Positions 1-9,598 are shown, numbered from the stretch's first letter. The stretch is 64,000 bases of DNA from Candidatus Roizmanbacteria bacterium (GCA_024654535.1 JANLHL010000038.1:315824-379823); one strand, 5' to 3'. Program-made: numbers and translations. Notes: a model not told the origin generated them from the letters alone.

Positions 1-127
1 TTAAGATATCATCTTGCATACGAAGCTCCTCGTATGGTGCAACCATCGGGACTTTTTGACAATAGTAGGGAAAATCTAGGTCTTTTATTATCCAATCATC
101 AGGAGGATTTCCTATGTATTCTGACAT
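1..127 (-). CDS. Hypothetical protein, 5' part only (runs off the window)
   Basis: Manual translation from ATG at 127: MSEYIGNPPDDWIIKDLDFPYYCQKVPMVAPYEELRMQDDIL..., open to position 1. TGG-TATAAT box at 136-141 on the minus strand. Confidence 0.55.
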   Translation of the reverse strand, partial: MSEYIGNPPDDWIIKDLDFPYYCQKVPMVAPYEELRMQDDIL

Positions 128-193
128 TAAGGTATATTATACCAAAATACCTACATAGCCTATCACAAAGCTCTAAACCGGGCGGTGCCAATG

Positions 194-260
194 TTGCCCG
201 CCTTCGCCTCGCTGAATCCCGTAGAGAGAAAGCTGGCTTCACTAAAGTTTCGGCGGGTAA
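194..260. repeat. GC-rich REP-like palindromic element, copy A
   Basis: Bounded by TTGCCCGCC (194-202) and GGCGGGTAA (252-260). Contains TCGCCTCGCTGAA and GAAAGCTGGCTTCAC, shared with the element at 1773-1848. Confidence 0.7.
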
Positions 261-343
261 AAGACGTGACCCAAACCAGGAAGTGGGTAAAGCTTTATTT
301 ACAGAAGCTTCGTATAATTGTTGGCAAAGTTTAAAATTTCAAA

Positions 344-850
344 TCATTCAGAACTTTTTCCGTAGCCTGTAAAGTTAATAGGAGCCCTTTGTTGACTGCC
401 CTGCATAGGCAAAAGATCATAGCCACCCATTTGATATACGACGTTTGTTTCTCCTGTTCCGTCTCCTTCAAATCCATAAATGGTACGTACTGCAGTCACT
501 TGTCCACTCATATCAATTCTTTGAGCTTTAAAATCAGCATTTGGCGAATTTGCATCGAATTCCAATTGGATAGTATCCCCATTTAAAGCTTGCCATGATA
601 GGCCACATGTTGCTGGGCCTACAGTAACGGTACGAAAAACATCTTGCAGTGCATGATCTGGTGTAAGTTCGAGCAGTTGTGTTAGAGAATCCGCAGCAAA
701 TGTAGGATTTGGGTCTTGACTGCCTATCCAAATAGTATTTATGAAATGACAAAGAACTTTTTCGTTAGCCAGTTTTAAGAGATGTGTAGCAATTCTTTTG
801 TATTCTGCTTGAAGATTTTCTGGTAGTTGTGGACGTAATTCGCTAGACAT
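344..850 (-). CDS. Hypothetical protein
   Basis: 168-aa ORF from MSSELRPQ; -10-like box just upstream; no recognisable motif. Confidence 0.6.
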   Translation of the reverse strand: MSSELRPQLPENLQAEYKRIATHLLKLANEKVLCHFINTIWIGSQDPNPTFAADSLTQLLELTPDHALQDVFRTVTVGPATCGLSWQALNGDTIQLEFDANSPNADFKAQRIDMSGQVTAVRTIYGFEGDGTGETNVVYQMGGYDLLPMQGSQQRAPINFTGYGKSSE

Positions 851-933
851 AGTATATATTATACTATAGGAAAAACATGCATGCAAGTTGGGAACGATAT
901 ACCACGAAAGTAAAGGATTGGTCCTAACGTGCG

Positions 934-1434
934 TTAAAGAGTATTCAATAGATTTGGGAATTCTTTACTCAGTTTTTTTCGTAGTTCTTTGGCACTAGTA
1001 ATATAGGTTTCTACATTTCCTTGTACGCGTTCGAACGTTTCAAGCACTTCACCTGTTTTATCTATTGCATACATGAATGCTTCATATTCTTTACCGTGCT
1101 TATCAGTGACAGTAATGTTTTCCTTTCGATACCACCGAGGATATCGCTCCCACCAATCGAGGACTGTTTCTTGATTGGTAGTTATTTCATATACTTTTCC
1201 ATGTATCTTTGCATGTGGATCTGTAGATTTTTGAGCAAAAAGGAACGAAAGAGTGGACATGTCATGTTTACTAGAAATATCGTCGTAGATTTCTGGTGGA
1301 AGGAGATTTGAACCTCCTTTATAAACCGTATAGCCTTGAACGGTTGCTAGAAAAAAAGGTGGCTCAGTGCCTAGTAGTGCAGTAATAATTTTGGGTTCAT
1401 ACAGTGTTCCGAATGTGAAAACTAACCTCTTCAT
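934..1434 (-). CDS. Gamma-glutamylcyclotransferase (GGCT/AIG2-like) family protein
   Basis: N-terminal VFTFGTL motif, IHGKVYEI, LDWWE..Y.R and AFMY match the GGCT-like pattern. Confidence 0.8.
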   Translation of the reverse strand: MKRLVFTFGTLYEPKIITALLGTEPPFFLATVQGYTVYKGGSNLLPPEIYDDISSKHDMSTLSFLFAQKSTDPHAKIHGKVYEITTNQETVLDWWERYPRWYRKENITVTDKHGKEYEAFMYAIDKTGEVLETFERVQGNVETYITSAKELRKKLSKEFPNLLNTL

Positions 1435-1446
1435 AAAATAAGTATA

Positions 1447-1701
1447 TCACTCACTATCTAATTTTATTAATTGGTGTTTTCTTAAAAACGCCCTCCCAGA
1501 ACCAGATTTTAGGTATTTTTCAAAATTGTATGCAGTGTATTTGTTTTGGAAGGCAAAATAGGCAAGGAGCGTAATGGGTAGACGGTTGTGTGTCGCAAGT
1601 ATTTGTCTATGTTGATGTCGACGTATACGATCTTTTAAATCATTGGTGCAACCAATGTAGGTTTTATGGTCGGAACAAAGAAGAATATATATGTAATACA
1701 T
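1447..1701 (-). CDS. Stand-alone GIY-YIG nuclease (84 aa)
   Basis: MYYIYIL..TYIGCTNDLKDRIRRH ... AYNFEKYLKSGSGRAFL. Confidence 0.9.
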   Translation of the reverse strand: MYYIYILLCSDHKTYIGCTNDLKDRIRRHQHRQILATHNRLPITLLAYFAFQNKYTAYNFEKYLKSGSGRAFLRKHQLIKLDSE

Positions 1702-1772
1702 GACGCGAGAATAAAACAAAATTAGAAACTTGTCAGTTGAATATAGACAACAAATCACCTATGTTGCGGGTT

Positions 1773-1848
1773 TCACCTCGCCGTAGCCGAAGCTGAAAAG
1801 TGGGCGAAGCCCGCTTTCGGTCGTCTTTGACGACCTTCAGCGAGGCGA
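1773..1848. repeat. GC-rich multi-hairpin REP-like element, copy B, directly after the tRNA-Asp CCA
   Basis: Hairpins AAAGTGGGC-GAA-GCCCGCTTT and GGTCGTC-TTT-GACGACC, enclosed by TCACCTCG/CGAGGCGA. Confidence 0.75.
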
Positions 1849-1925
1849 TGGCGGGACAGACGGGACTCGAACCCGCGACCTTCCGCGTGACAGGCGGACG
1901 CTCTAGCCAGCTGAGCTACTGCCCC
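1849..1925 (-). tRNA. tRNA-Asp (GTC)
   Basis: Reverse complement GGGGCAGTAGCTCAGCTGGCTAGAGCG-TCCGC CTGTCAC GCGGA-...GTTCGAGTC...CCA folds as a cloverleaf. Confidence 0.97.
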
Positions 1926-2151
1926 AAACAGAAAGAATTATAACATATGAAAGTTGTTTCGAAAGGAAGAGTTTACAATATAGAGCGGGTTGTGAAGATA
2001 TTATATAAGTATGTCCATTTTTCGAGTTTTTTCATATTGTAAATTCAATAGTTTCATATGCAACCTTCCACAACATATATTTATCCATATAGAGTTTGTG
2101 TTATTGATAGTGCCTTGTTAAAATAAAACTAGAAATATATTTATATAGATA

Positions 2152-2532
2152 ATGTTTAAGGATTTTTTACCTACTTACAAAAGAGAGTCGGGATTATTTG
2201 TCATCGATTTAAACGATATTCCTCTACCCATAAATTTTATTGTTAAAGAAAAGTCGATAGTCTCTATTCCTCCTCTTGAAAAAGGAGGAAATCATATGCA
2301 TCCGCGAATAGAAGTACTAGTCGGATTGAATGAAGGGCTCTCTTTTATTTGGCAAGATGAAAAAGGGAATATTTGTGAAGAAGCGATGAAAAAGAAGGGA
2401 AAATTCCGAGTATTTACTGTGCCGTCACATTTACCTCATGCAGTCGTTAATCGTTCACATACTCAGACTGGTATTTTAGTAGAATTTGCAGATGCCAAAC
2501 AGACTGACGTTGAGCTCATTCAGCTAATATAA
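2152..2532 (+). CDS. Cupin-fold protein (WxcM/FdtA/QdtA-like sugar isomerase domain)
   Basis: GGNHMHPRIE and VPSHLPHAVVN cupin motifs. Confidence 0.7.
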   Translation: MFKDFLPTYKRESGLFVIDLNDIPLPINFIVKEKSIVSIPPLEKGGNHMHPRIEVLVGLNEGLSFIWQDEKGNICEEAMKKKGKFRVFTVPSHLPHAVVNRSHTQTGILVEFADAKQTDVELIQLI

Positions 2533-2535
2533 GTA

Positions 2536-3090
2536 TTACATTATCCCTGCTTTTTTCAGTAAGCTGAATTGCTGAGCAATAAGCGCCTCTTCTTGTTCAA
2601 ATGTCTTCATATACATACTTACATTTGTGCCCCAAGTAGTAGAAGGAGGTGCATAAACTGGCGCTATGCGGTAAGGATTATCGAGACCTTTTAGCATATA
2701 GTTTTCGTGTAAACCTTTCGCAACGGTATCTATACCATTTTCCCACGAGCTAAAATATATTGAACCGCCCCCCCAACCAAATGGATTTTTAGCGTTTTGT
2801 ATAAGCGCATGTCCAAAACCAGATTCTACACCAGTAATGGCAGGCAGTAGGTAACAATCAAGGTTATATCTGCGACAGCTATTGATAAATGCACCCGTAT
2901 ATGGAATTAGGGGAGAGTTGTATCTCTTGAGTACGCGCTCTATAGCTACACGTTCTATTACTCTGGAATGAATAGCATCTGCAGATATTCTAAAATTGCC
3001 CTCAACAGTCGGAATAGCTGTCAATTTTATCGCTAATACAAAAAGCATACACATAACTGTGAACACAAATTCTCTATATTTCTTTTTCAT
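2536..3090 (-). CDS. Membrane-anchored lysozyme-like / glucosaminidase-domain protein
   Basis: N-terminal TM, LLPAITGVESGFG, NPFGW, FSSWENGI, YAPP..W. Confidence 0.75.
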   Translation of the reverse strand: MKKKYREFVFTVMCMLFVLAIKLTAIPTVEGNFRISADAIHSRVIERVAIERVLKRYNSPLIPYTGAFINSCRRYNLDCYLLPAITGVESGFGHALIQNAKNPFGWGGGSIYFSSWENGIDTVAKGLHENYMLKGLDNPYRIAPVYAPPSTTWGTNVSMYMKTFEQEEALIAQQFSLLKKAGIM

Positions 3091-3135
3091 AAAAAAAATC
3101 CTAAAGCGTGGCTTTTTACAGCTATACTTTAGGAT
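3091..3135 (-). promoter_or_regulatory. Terminator-like hairpin plus U-tract forming the 5' leader of the glucosaminidase gene
   Basis: ATCCTAAAG...CTTTAGGAT followed by T7 and then the ATG. Confidence 0.55.
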
Positions 3136-3144
3136 CTAATAATT

Positions 3145-3173
3145 AGTATATCATAAAACTATAGGTCTGTCAA
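3145..3173 (-). promoter_or_regulatory. Sigma70-type promoter
   Basis: TTGACA (3173-3168), 17-nt spacer, TATACT (3150-3145), with TGn extension. Confidence 0.75.
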
Positions 3174-3282
3174 GTAAGGTACCACATTCTTTACACAGGG
3201 TTCCCATTATACAGGTTTTTTCAAGAAGTGAAACTTAATGTAGTCTCACTTCTTACAGAATTTGTTCAGAGTTGGGGATAAA

Positions 3283-3310
3283 TTGACAGATTTCATTATT
3301 AACGTATAAT
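3283..3310 (+). promoter_or_regulatory. Sigma70-type promoter of lemA-htpX
   Basis: TTGACA, 16-nt spacer, TATAAT. Confidence 0.7.
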
Positions 3311-3339
3311 AGGTACAGTTATCAATTGAAATAATATAT

Positions 3340-3894
3340 ATGTCGTATCCGTTATTGGCTATTGGTCTTTTAGTTTTGTTTGTATTATATGTGTGGGGAG
3401 TATATAACCGACTTATTGTGCTCAAAAATAGAATTGATGAAGCCTGGAGTGGTATCAAGGTGCAACTTACCCGAAGAGCAGATTTGATACCCAACTTAAT
3501 AAACACAGTAAAAGGTTATGCGAAACATGAAAGCCAAGTCTTTGAGAATGTTACAAAGGCACGAAGTCAGCTTATGTCAGCTGGTTCTGTAGACGAAGTA
3601 CAAAAAGCTCAAGACGGTATGACTTCAGCGTTGAAATCCTTGTTTGCCGTTGCAGAAGCATATCCTCAACTTAGAGCAAGTGAAAATTTTCAACAATTGC
3701 AGAAAGAGCTGTCAGATACAGAAGATAAAATAGCGTATTCTCGGCAGTTCTATAATAGTAATGTTTTGTCGTATAACAGCCAACTTCAACAATTCCCAAC
3801 AACTGTATTGGCAGGAATGTTCCATTTTACATCGAAAGATTACTTTCAAATGGATGAAAAAAAAGAAGAGCCAGTAGCAGTATCGTTTGAGTAA
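3340..3894 (+). CDS. lemA: LemA family protein
   Basis: YNRLIVLKNRIDEAWSGIKVQLTRRADLIPNL, EAYPQLRASENF. Confidence 0.95.
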   Translation: MSYPLLAIGLLVLFVLYVWGVYNRLIVLKNRIDEAWSGIKVQLTRRADLIPNLINTVKGYAKHESQVFENVTKARSQLMSAGSVDEVQKAQDGMTSALKSLFAVAEAYPQLRASENFQQLQKELSDTEDKIAYSRQFYNSNVLSYNSQLQQFPTTVLAGMFHFTSKDYFQMDEKKEEPVAVSFE

Positions 3895-3895
3895 T

Positions 3896-4795
3896 ATGAA
3901 TGTATATAGCGAAATAGCAGGCAACAAACTTAAAACATACGTTGCATTGGTTATTTTTTTCTTGTTCGCATCTTCCATATTGTATGTGCTAGGTAAGGCA
4001 ATGGGTATGGCCGGACCAGGTTTGTTTCTTTTTGCATTTCTAATTAGCATGTGTGCGAATGTTGTCTCATATTACTATTCTGATAAGATAGTGCTGAAAC
4101 TGCACAATGCAAAGGAAGCGGACAGAGAGCAGTTTTTCGATTTATACACAGTCACAGAAAACCTTGCAATCGCTGCTGGTATACCAAAGCCAAAAGTATA
4201 TATTATTCAAGAACCTGCACCAAATGCTTTTGCAACAGGCAGAGACTATAAACATTCTATTGTGGTTGTCACGACCGGTTTACTTGAATTACTCGACAGG
4301 AGAGAGCTTGAAGGCGTTATCGCCCATGAACTTTCGCACATAAAAAACTATGATATGTTACTTATGACCGTCGTGTCTATTGTCGTTGGTCTCATTGTCT
4401 ATGCTACCGATTTTTTTATGCGTGCTCAGTGGTTTAGAAATTCAGATGATAATAATAGGCAAGGGGCACTTTGGGTTGTTATTGCGCTTGTTATGTCAAT
4501 AATTGCGCCGTTAGCAGCTACGTTGTTACAACTTGCTATTTCACGGAAGCGTGAATTTTTAGCTGATGCCTCTGGGGCATATATTACTCGAAACCCAGAA
4601 GCTCTTGCGAGCGCTCTTGAAAAGTTATCTTCAAGCTCTGTACCAACCATGTCTTCGGCAACGAACGCAACTGCCCATTTATTTTTCGAGAATCCGTTCG
4701 GCTCAGATAAGGGTAGTAAGAAATCTTGGTTTGTAAATATGTTTAGTACACATCCGCCACTAACTGAGCGTATAGCAAAACTTCGTACTATGTAG
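3896..4795 (+). CDS. htpX: M48 zinc metalloprotease HtpX
   Basis: PNAFATGR, AHELSH, SRKREFLAD, FSTHPP. Confidence 0.95.
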   Translation: MNVYSEIAGNKLKTYVALVIFFLFASSILYVLGKAMGMAGPGLFLFAFLISMCANVVSYYYSDKIVLKLHNAKEADREQFFDLYTVTENLAIAAGIPKPKVYIIQEPAPNAFATGRDYKHSIVVVTTGLLELLDRRELEGVIAHELSHIKNYDMLLMTVVSIVVGLIVYATDFFMRAQWFRNSDDNNRQGALWVVIALVMSIIAPLAATLLQLAISRKREFLADASGAYITRNPEALASALEKLSSSSVPTMSSATNATAHLFFENPFGSDKGSKKSWFVNMFSTHPPLTERIAKLRTM

Positions 4796-4817
4796 GTATG
4801 GTAAAATAAATCCACAT

Positions 4818-4888
4818 GCCTCTTTAGCTCAACGGTAGAGCAGCGGTATCGTAAACCGTAGATGTCAGTTCAATTCTGACAAGAGGCT
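4818..4888 (+). tRNA. tRNA-Thr (CGT), no encoded CCA
   Basis: GCCTCTT/AAGAGGC acceptor stem, GCGGT ATCGTAA ACCGT anticodon arm, TTCAATT T-loop. Confidence 0.92.
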
Positions 4889-4954
4889 CACGAGTAAGCT
4901 AAATGTAGATGTTTTGCTTTTGTGTTACAATATCAATAATCACATAACACGTTT

Positions 4955-5647
4955 ATGAGAAGAAAACACACCAACACAATCTTAATTTCTCTTGTCGTTA
5001 TAATTGTATTTGTTATCGCGGGATATTTTTTTCTGTATTATGGGCTTGGACAAATAATCAACTATGCATTTTTATTAAGACCTTCGAAAACGAATACGGT
5101 CAATACCGAAAAACAACAAAGCCCACAAATACTTGTCGATCCAGTATTGCAGGATCTACCGTATGCTACGAACTCTGCCTCTATAGTAATAAGTGGAACA
5201 ACTACCTCTGAACAGACAGTTGATTTTTTTCAGAATAGTGAAAAGATAGACTCAATAAAGGCAGATTTCGAGGGAAATTTTGCATTCCAAATTTATTTGA
5301 AACCGGGAGAAAATAGTGTTCATGTTAAGAGTATTGATTCGTACACAAAAAAAAGCAAAACATCTAAACAGAGTATTATTTTATTCTTAGATACACCTCC
5401 TGAACTTACTTTGGAAGAAAACTCGGATGGAAAAACAGTAAACAAGCAGTTTATCGATATAAAAGGATCAACTGAAAAAGAAGTGTTTGTACAAATTAAC
5501 AGTGCTCCCGTTGTGGTACGTGCTGATGGTTCGTTCGTGTATCCATTTAAACTCAAAGAGGGCGATAATGAAATAAAAGTAAAGGCTGTTGACGTAGCTC
5601 AAAATACCACCGAAAAGACCTTGCGTATTAAGTATCAGAAAGAGTAA
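4955..5647 (+). CDS. Membrane-anchored protein with two Ig-like domains
   Basis: N-terminal TM; repeated G.F...LKxGxNxI.V beta-sandwich pattern. Confidence 0.75.
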   Translation: MRRKHTNTILISLVVIIVFVIAGYFFLYYGLGQIINYAFLLRPSKTNTVNTEKQQSPQILVDPVLQDLPYATNSASIVISGTTTSEQTVDFFQNSEKIDSIKADFEGNFAFQIYLKPGENSVHVKSIDSYTKKSKTSKQSIILFLDTPPELTLEENSDGKTVNKQFIDIKGSTEKEVFVQINSAPVVVRADGSFVYPFKLKEGDNEIKVKAVDVAQNTTEKTLRIKYQKE

Positions 5648-6710
5648 GTATATAGAATATCCCGAACACTACAAATAGAGTGGGTGTAAAAAAGCTATTT
5701 GTTGATAATGCATGTATTCCATAGGCCAATGACATCGCTTTAAAAACAGCTGTTTTTCCTTTAATTACTGTCAGAAAAAACCAAACATATCCGAAAAGGC
5801 CGATAATGCCACTTGTTGTAAGTATTGTTAATAAACTGTTATCAAGACCATATTTACTGTTATTAACAAAGGAATCTTTTGTTGAAGCCGACGGGAAATA
5901 ATTAAACCCCACACCAAAGAGAGGATTTATCTGCAAAGCCTTCTGGGTTATTGTAAATGCTTGCATTTTACTTACGATGCTATTTGTTCGCATAAGATTT
6001 GTGCCTTCTCCTTGTCTTTTGGGGAGAAAAACGAGAATAGTGACTAATGATAGTATAGCTAACATAGCAAAGACTATAGTACGGCGAGTTTTGATATGAG
6101 AAAATAGGAGATAAATCCCAGAAATAACTGCAGCAATATAGCTAATTCTTGAATAGGTGAGGAGTAATACGCAGCCAACAAGTAATGATAAAATTACCTG
6201 TTTTTTTTGTGCAAGGTATAAGAAACTCCATACGAAGAATAGCCCTATAAGATTAGGATCTAAAAATAATCCAAAAAGTCGGTATTCATGAGGATCATAC
6301 CCAGCATACATGAGGTTGCGAAGTGATGGATAGAGTAAATATTGAAACAATGAGGTAAGAAGTATGACAGAAAAACTAATGATAAAATATAGAGTAATTT
6401 TTTTTGGCTTTCTTTTTATACTAACTATGCAGAAAAAAAAGAAAAAATAGAGCAGTATTCTGAGTACATAAGCAATAGATGAGAATGTTGCTGTATGTAC
6501 GTTTATAAACGTACTCAAGGTTATAGCTAGAGTTAAGAATGTGAGACCACTATCCTTAAATCCATGAATAATGGCACGTTTATTTTTTATGACCATTTCT
6601 ATGCAAAATAAAAGTACGAGTATATCTAGCAATCGTATACGTATAGATGGTGTTATATGGACATAAAGTATTTCGCCGAGAGGGAATAAAAGCGTCAACG
6701 CGTTAAGCAT
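5628..6710 (-). CDS. O-antigen ligase / Wzy_C family membrane protein
   Basis: Polytopic; RLFGLFLDPN, LTYSR, NPLFGVG, LDNS..GIIG. Confidence 0.8.
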   Translation of the reverse strand: MLNALTLLFPLGEILYVHITPSIRIRLLDILVLLFCIEMVIKNKRAIIHGFKDSGLTFLTLAITLSTFINVHTATFSSIAYVLRILLYFFFFFCIVSIKRKPKKITLYFIISFSVILLTSLFQYLLYPSLRNLMYAGYDPHEYRLFGLFLDPNLIGLFFVWSFLYLAQKKQVILSLLVGCVLLLTYSRISYIAAVISGIYLLFSHIKTRRTIVFAMLAILSLVTILVFLPKRQGEGTNLMRTNSIVSKMQAFTITQKALQINPLFGVGFNYFPSASTKDSFVNNSKYGLDNSLLTILTTSGIIGLFGYVWFFLTVIKGKTAVFKAMSLAYGIHALSTNSFFTPTLFVVFGIFYILTLSDT

Positions 6711-6712
6711 AG

Positions 6713-7450
6713 TTATTTTCCTGTATATACTTTTGCACGAGTGAGGAATGAGTGAAAACTCATCATAAAGCTATATATGAACCCAGCTACACCATCAAGA
6801 AACCCAAGCTTGAGAAAGTACGTATAGATAAACTTACTCAAAGGTAAAGCCACTAACTCCAATGTGCCCACTTTTTTCCCTTGTGCGAGCATATATTCTG
6901 CATTGAGAGAGCTATACGTGTTAATAGAGTTCAAAAATGAAGCAATAGTAGGATGTGGATAGTGATACAGTGGGAAATCTATTTTTTTGATTTTTGAACC
7001 TTGCCATACCTCATGTACGGGCCGAACAAAAGTTCCATGATCTTTTGTTACAAGCCGCGTGACGTATACGTTACTGACTTCGCCAAAACGCATCATCGTA
7101 TTCCAAAAAAAATCTATACGTTTAAATGCGAACGCACGTGTATGGGTTGTTTCTGGAATTTGTGTAATGTATTTTCGCATTGCATCACTGACAACTTCGT
7201 CTGCATCTATAAATAATATATATTTTGATTTTGCCTGTGCCATCGCTTTATTCCTGGCCTCTGCAAAATTTCCATTGAGCGGTTGAGTATACACCGTTGC
7301 CCCATGTTTGCGCGCTATGTCCACAGTTGCATCAGAAGAGTGATCGTCAACCACTATAGTTTCATCTCCCATAAGTGCCACGCTATTTAAGCAGCGACCT
7401 ATATTTTCTTCTTCATTTTTTGTCAGAATCAGGATTGAGAAGTGTTGCAT
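6713..7450 (-). CDS. Glycosyltransferase family 2
   Basis: KNEEENI, VVDDHSSD, FIDADE, VHE. Confidence 0.9.
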   Translation of the reverse strand: MQHFSILILTKNEEENIGRCLNSVALMGDETIVVDDHSSDATVDIARKHGATVYTQPLNGNFAEARNKAMAQAKSKYILFIDADEVVSDAMRKYITQIPETTHTRAFAFKRIDFFWNTMMRFGEVSNVYVTRLVTKDHGTFVRPVHEVWQGSKIKKIDFPLYHYPHPTIASFLNSINTYSSLNAEYMLAQGKKVGTLELVALPLSKFIYTYFLKLGFLDGVAGFIYSFMMSFHSFLTRAKVYTGK

Positions 7451-8573
7451 ATATTTGTGCTAATGATTGGCTAAACTTTTGCGCGCTGAATTTTTTTTGA
7501 GCTCTTATATATCCCATTGTACCAATTTTTTTACGTATATCTTCAGATGTATAGAGCATATCTAGTGCTGAAAAAAGTTCAGGAACATTATTTTGAGTAA
7601 TTGTTATAGCTGCATTTCCCACTACTTCGCCAATTGCACCGCTGTCTGTTGTAATGATTGGCAAACCACAGGCCATAGCTTCAATGAGAGCCATTCCGTA
7701 TTGTTCTTCCCATGTTGCATTAGATATGCTTGGTAATACAAAAATTTGGGCTTTATGATACAACTGTACAATCGCACTATATCGTAACTTTGTTATTGTC
7801 ACTGCATGACTAAGGCCTTTATGTAAGAGATGAGTACGTATAGTTTTTTCTAGTGGCCCACTACCCAAAATAAAGAGTTGAGCATGTGGGTGTTTTTTAT
7901 ATAAGGCTTCGAATGCGTCGATCAAAACCAATACTCCTTTTTCTCGTACGAGCCTTCCAACAAAGAGAATAGTATGGGGTTGGCTTGACTGTGGATTTGG
8001 GAAGAATAGTTTTGTATCAACGCCAAGAGGAACATGTCTAACGCGGTGCTCAAGAACTCCTTCAAGAAGCAAGGCTTTTTGTGCACGAGTACTGTGGCAT
8101 ATGAATAGATCAGCATGTTTCAAAACAGTGTATTTTTGTAATTTTTTTAATGCTATTGTTTCGTTATTGAAAGGTATGGTATCCCATGACGTGCTTACTA
8201 TGCGGAGACGTCTATTTAGTTTTTTTGCTTTCACAGATTGGAAACTGAAGTGATAGTGAGGGTCAGCGGTATGAACAATATGCGTGTGTTTTAATTTTTG
8301 TTCGAGTCCAAACAGTATATGTTCCCCACCAATGGTTTTACGTGCTATATGGCTGATAGTCTTTGCTAGAAGTTGGAGGTGATGTGAAGACAAGTATGAG
8401 ACGCTATCGGCAATACTTGCTAGACGTACAGTAGGGATCGTCTCATGCGTGCCAATGGGTGTCATGGAGGAGTAGGCAGTGAGGTGATAATTCGTATGCA
8501 ATGGAGCATAATTTTGCATTTCAAAAGGGTTTAAGTATGCACCGCGTACCAGTGCGACGTTAGGTTTAATCAT
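7413..8573 (-). CDS. Glycosyltransferase family 4
   Basis: FVGRLVREKG, EQYGMALIEAMACGLP. Confidence 0.9.
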   Translation of the reverse strand: MIKPNVALVRGAYLNPFEMQNYAPLHTNYHLTAYSSMTPIGTHETIPTVRLASIADSVSYLSSHHLQLLAKTISHIARKTIGGEHILFGLEQKLKHTHIVHTADPHYHFSFQSVKAKKLNRRLRIVSTSWDTIPFNNETIALKKLQKYTVLKHADLFICHSTRAQKALLLEGVLEHRVRHVPLGVDTKLFFPNPQSSQPHTILFVGRLVREKGVLVLIDAFEALYKKHPHAQLFILGSGPLEKTIRTHLLHKGLSHAVTITKLRYSAIVQLYHKAQIFVLPSISNATWEEQYGMALIEAMACGLPIITTDSGAIGEVVGNAAITITQNNVPELFSALDMLYTSEDIRKKIGTMGYIRAQKKFSAQKFSQSLAQIYATLLNPDSDKK

Positions 8574-9597
8574 GGTAAAGAGCAACTATTTTATTTACAA
8601 ATATCTTCCAAGAAAAAGTTGCTCGTAATTTTTGTATATCGACATGTTGAGTAGCATTTAGACAGTGTAGTAGACTCCTATAAAAATCGCGTGGGTTATT
8701 TTTGCTTATATGAATGAATGGAGCAAGCTCGGGAATGGCCGCTTCAGTACAGGATACTACCGGCGTATCTTGCGATAGTGCCTCTACTGTCGGCAAATGA
8801 AAGCTTTCGTACAGAGAGGGGACTGCAAGACATGAGGCCTCGTTGTATAATTTCAAAAGCAGGGAAGTATCTGCATACGGTATTATTATGACATTTTGTT
8901 GATTCAATCCATGGCAGTTAACAGGTGCGTTGCCGACACCTGCTAGGATCAGTTTGTAGGAACTATACTGAGGGTTTGCAACGATTAATTTGAAAGAACG
9001 AATTAATAGTCCTAAATTTTTTATTGGGTGATTCATGCCAACGAAAAGTACAATGTTCTTTCGTTTATATCGAATGCTTTTCTGAATATACGCCGATGGG
9101 ATGCCAAATGGAATTGAATGAATATTGTTGTGATGAGGATACAAGGATTCAAGCTCTGCCTTAATTTTATTTGAGCTTACAACTATATGACGTGCTCGAT
9201 GCATAAGTTGGGAAACTTGTCGATACATTCTCTTATACGAATCTGGGTAGAGATGAGGGTACTTCATAAATGAAAGTCCGTGTATAAAGCCTATTATTGG
9301 ACCATTCGTATACATTGGAAGCGATTGGTTTAATGCAAGGAATATATTTTTTTCGTTATGAGATAAAATCTCAGCAACACTTATGCCAATTTTCATCCAT
9401 CCAATTTTTGGCCAAACCGTCTGTATATGCGAATTACTAATGGTTTCACTACTATTTTCTTGAGTATATATGGTATAGGAATTTGTTTTGTCATAATGTG
9501 TTAATGCGCTAATCAGTTCTTTTGAGAACGTATGAGTCCCGTATATATTTGCTTTGCATGTAGTAAGCGCCCCGCCATCTACTTTAATATTGTACAT
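8566..9597 (-). CDS. Glycosyltransferase family 4
   Basis: PIKN, PSLYESFHLPTVEA. Confidence 0.85.
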   Translation of the reverse strand: MYNIKVDGGALTTCKANIYGTHTFSKELISALTHYDKTNSYTIYTQENSSETISNSHIQTVWPKIGWMKIGISVAEILSHNEKNIFLALNQSLPMYTNGPIIGFIHGLSFMKYPHLYPDSYKRMYRQVSQLMHRARHIVVSSNKIKAELESLYPHHNNIHSIPFGIPSAYIQKSIRYKRKNIVLFVGMNHPIKNLGLLIRSFKLIVANPQYSSYKLILAGVGNAPVNCHGLNQQNVIIIPYADTSLLLKLYNEASCLAVPSLYESFHLPTVEALSQDTPVVSCTEAAIPELAPFIHISKNNPRDFYRSLLHCLNATQHVDIQKLRATFSWKIFVNKIVALYHD

Positions 9598-9598
9598 A

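Noticed and set aside
34..372. 112-aa plus-strand ORF
   Set aside because: It reads through the REP-like element and lies antisense to a better-supported minus-strand gene start at 127; probably spurious.
1985..3282. DnaA-box-like 9-mers (TTATCCATA at 2081, TGGGGATAA near 3272) suggesting oriC
   Set aside because: Only isolated mismatched boxes, with no cluster and no dnaA/dnaN nearby.
4818..4888. tRNA-Thr with A32 and no CCA as a pseudo-tRNA
   Set aside because: All stems pair well, and two other tRNAs here also lack an encoded CCA.
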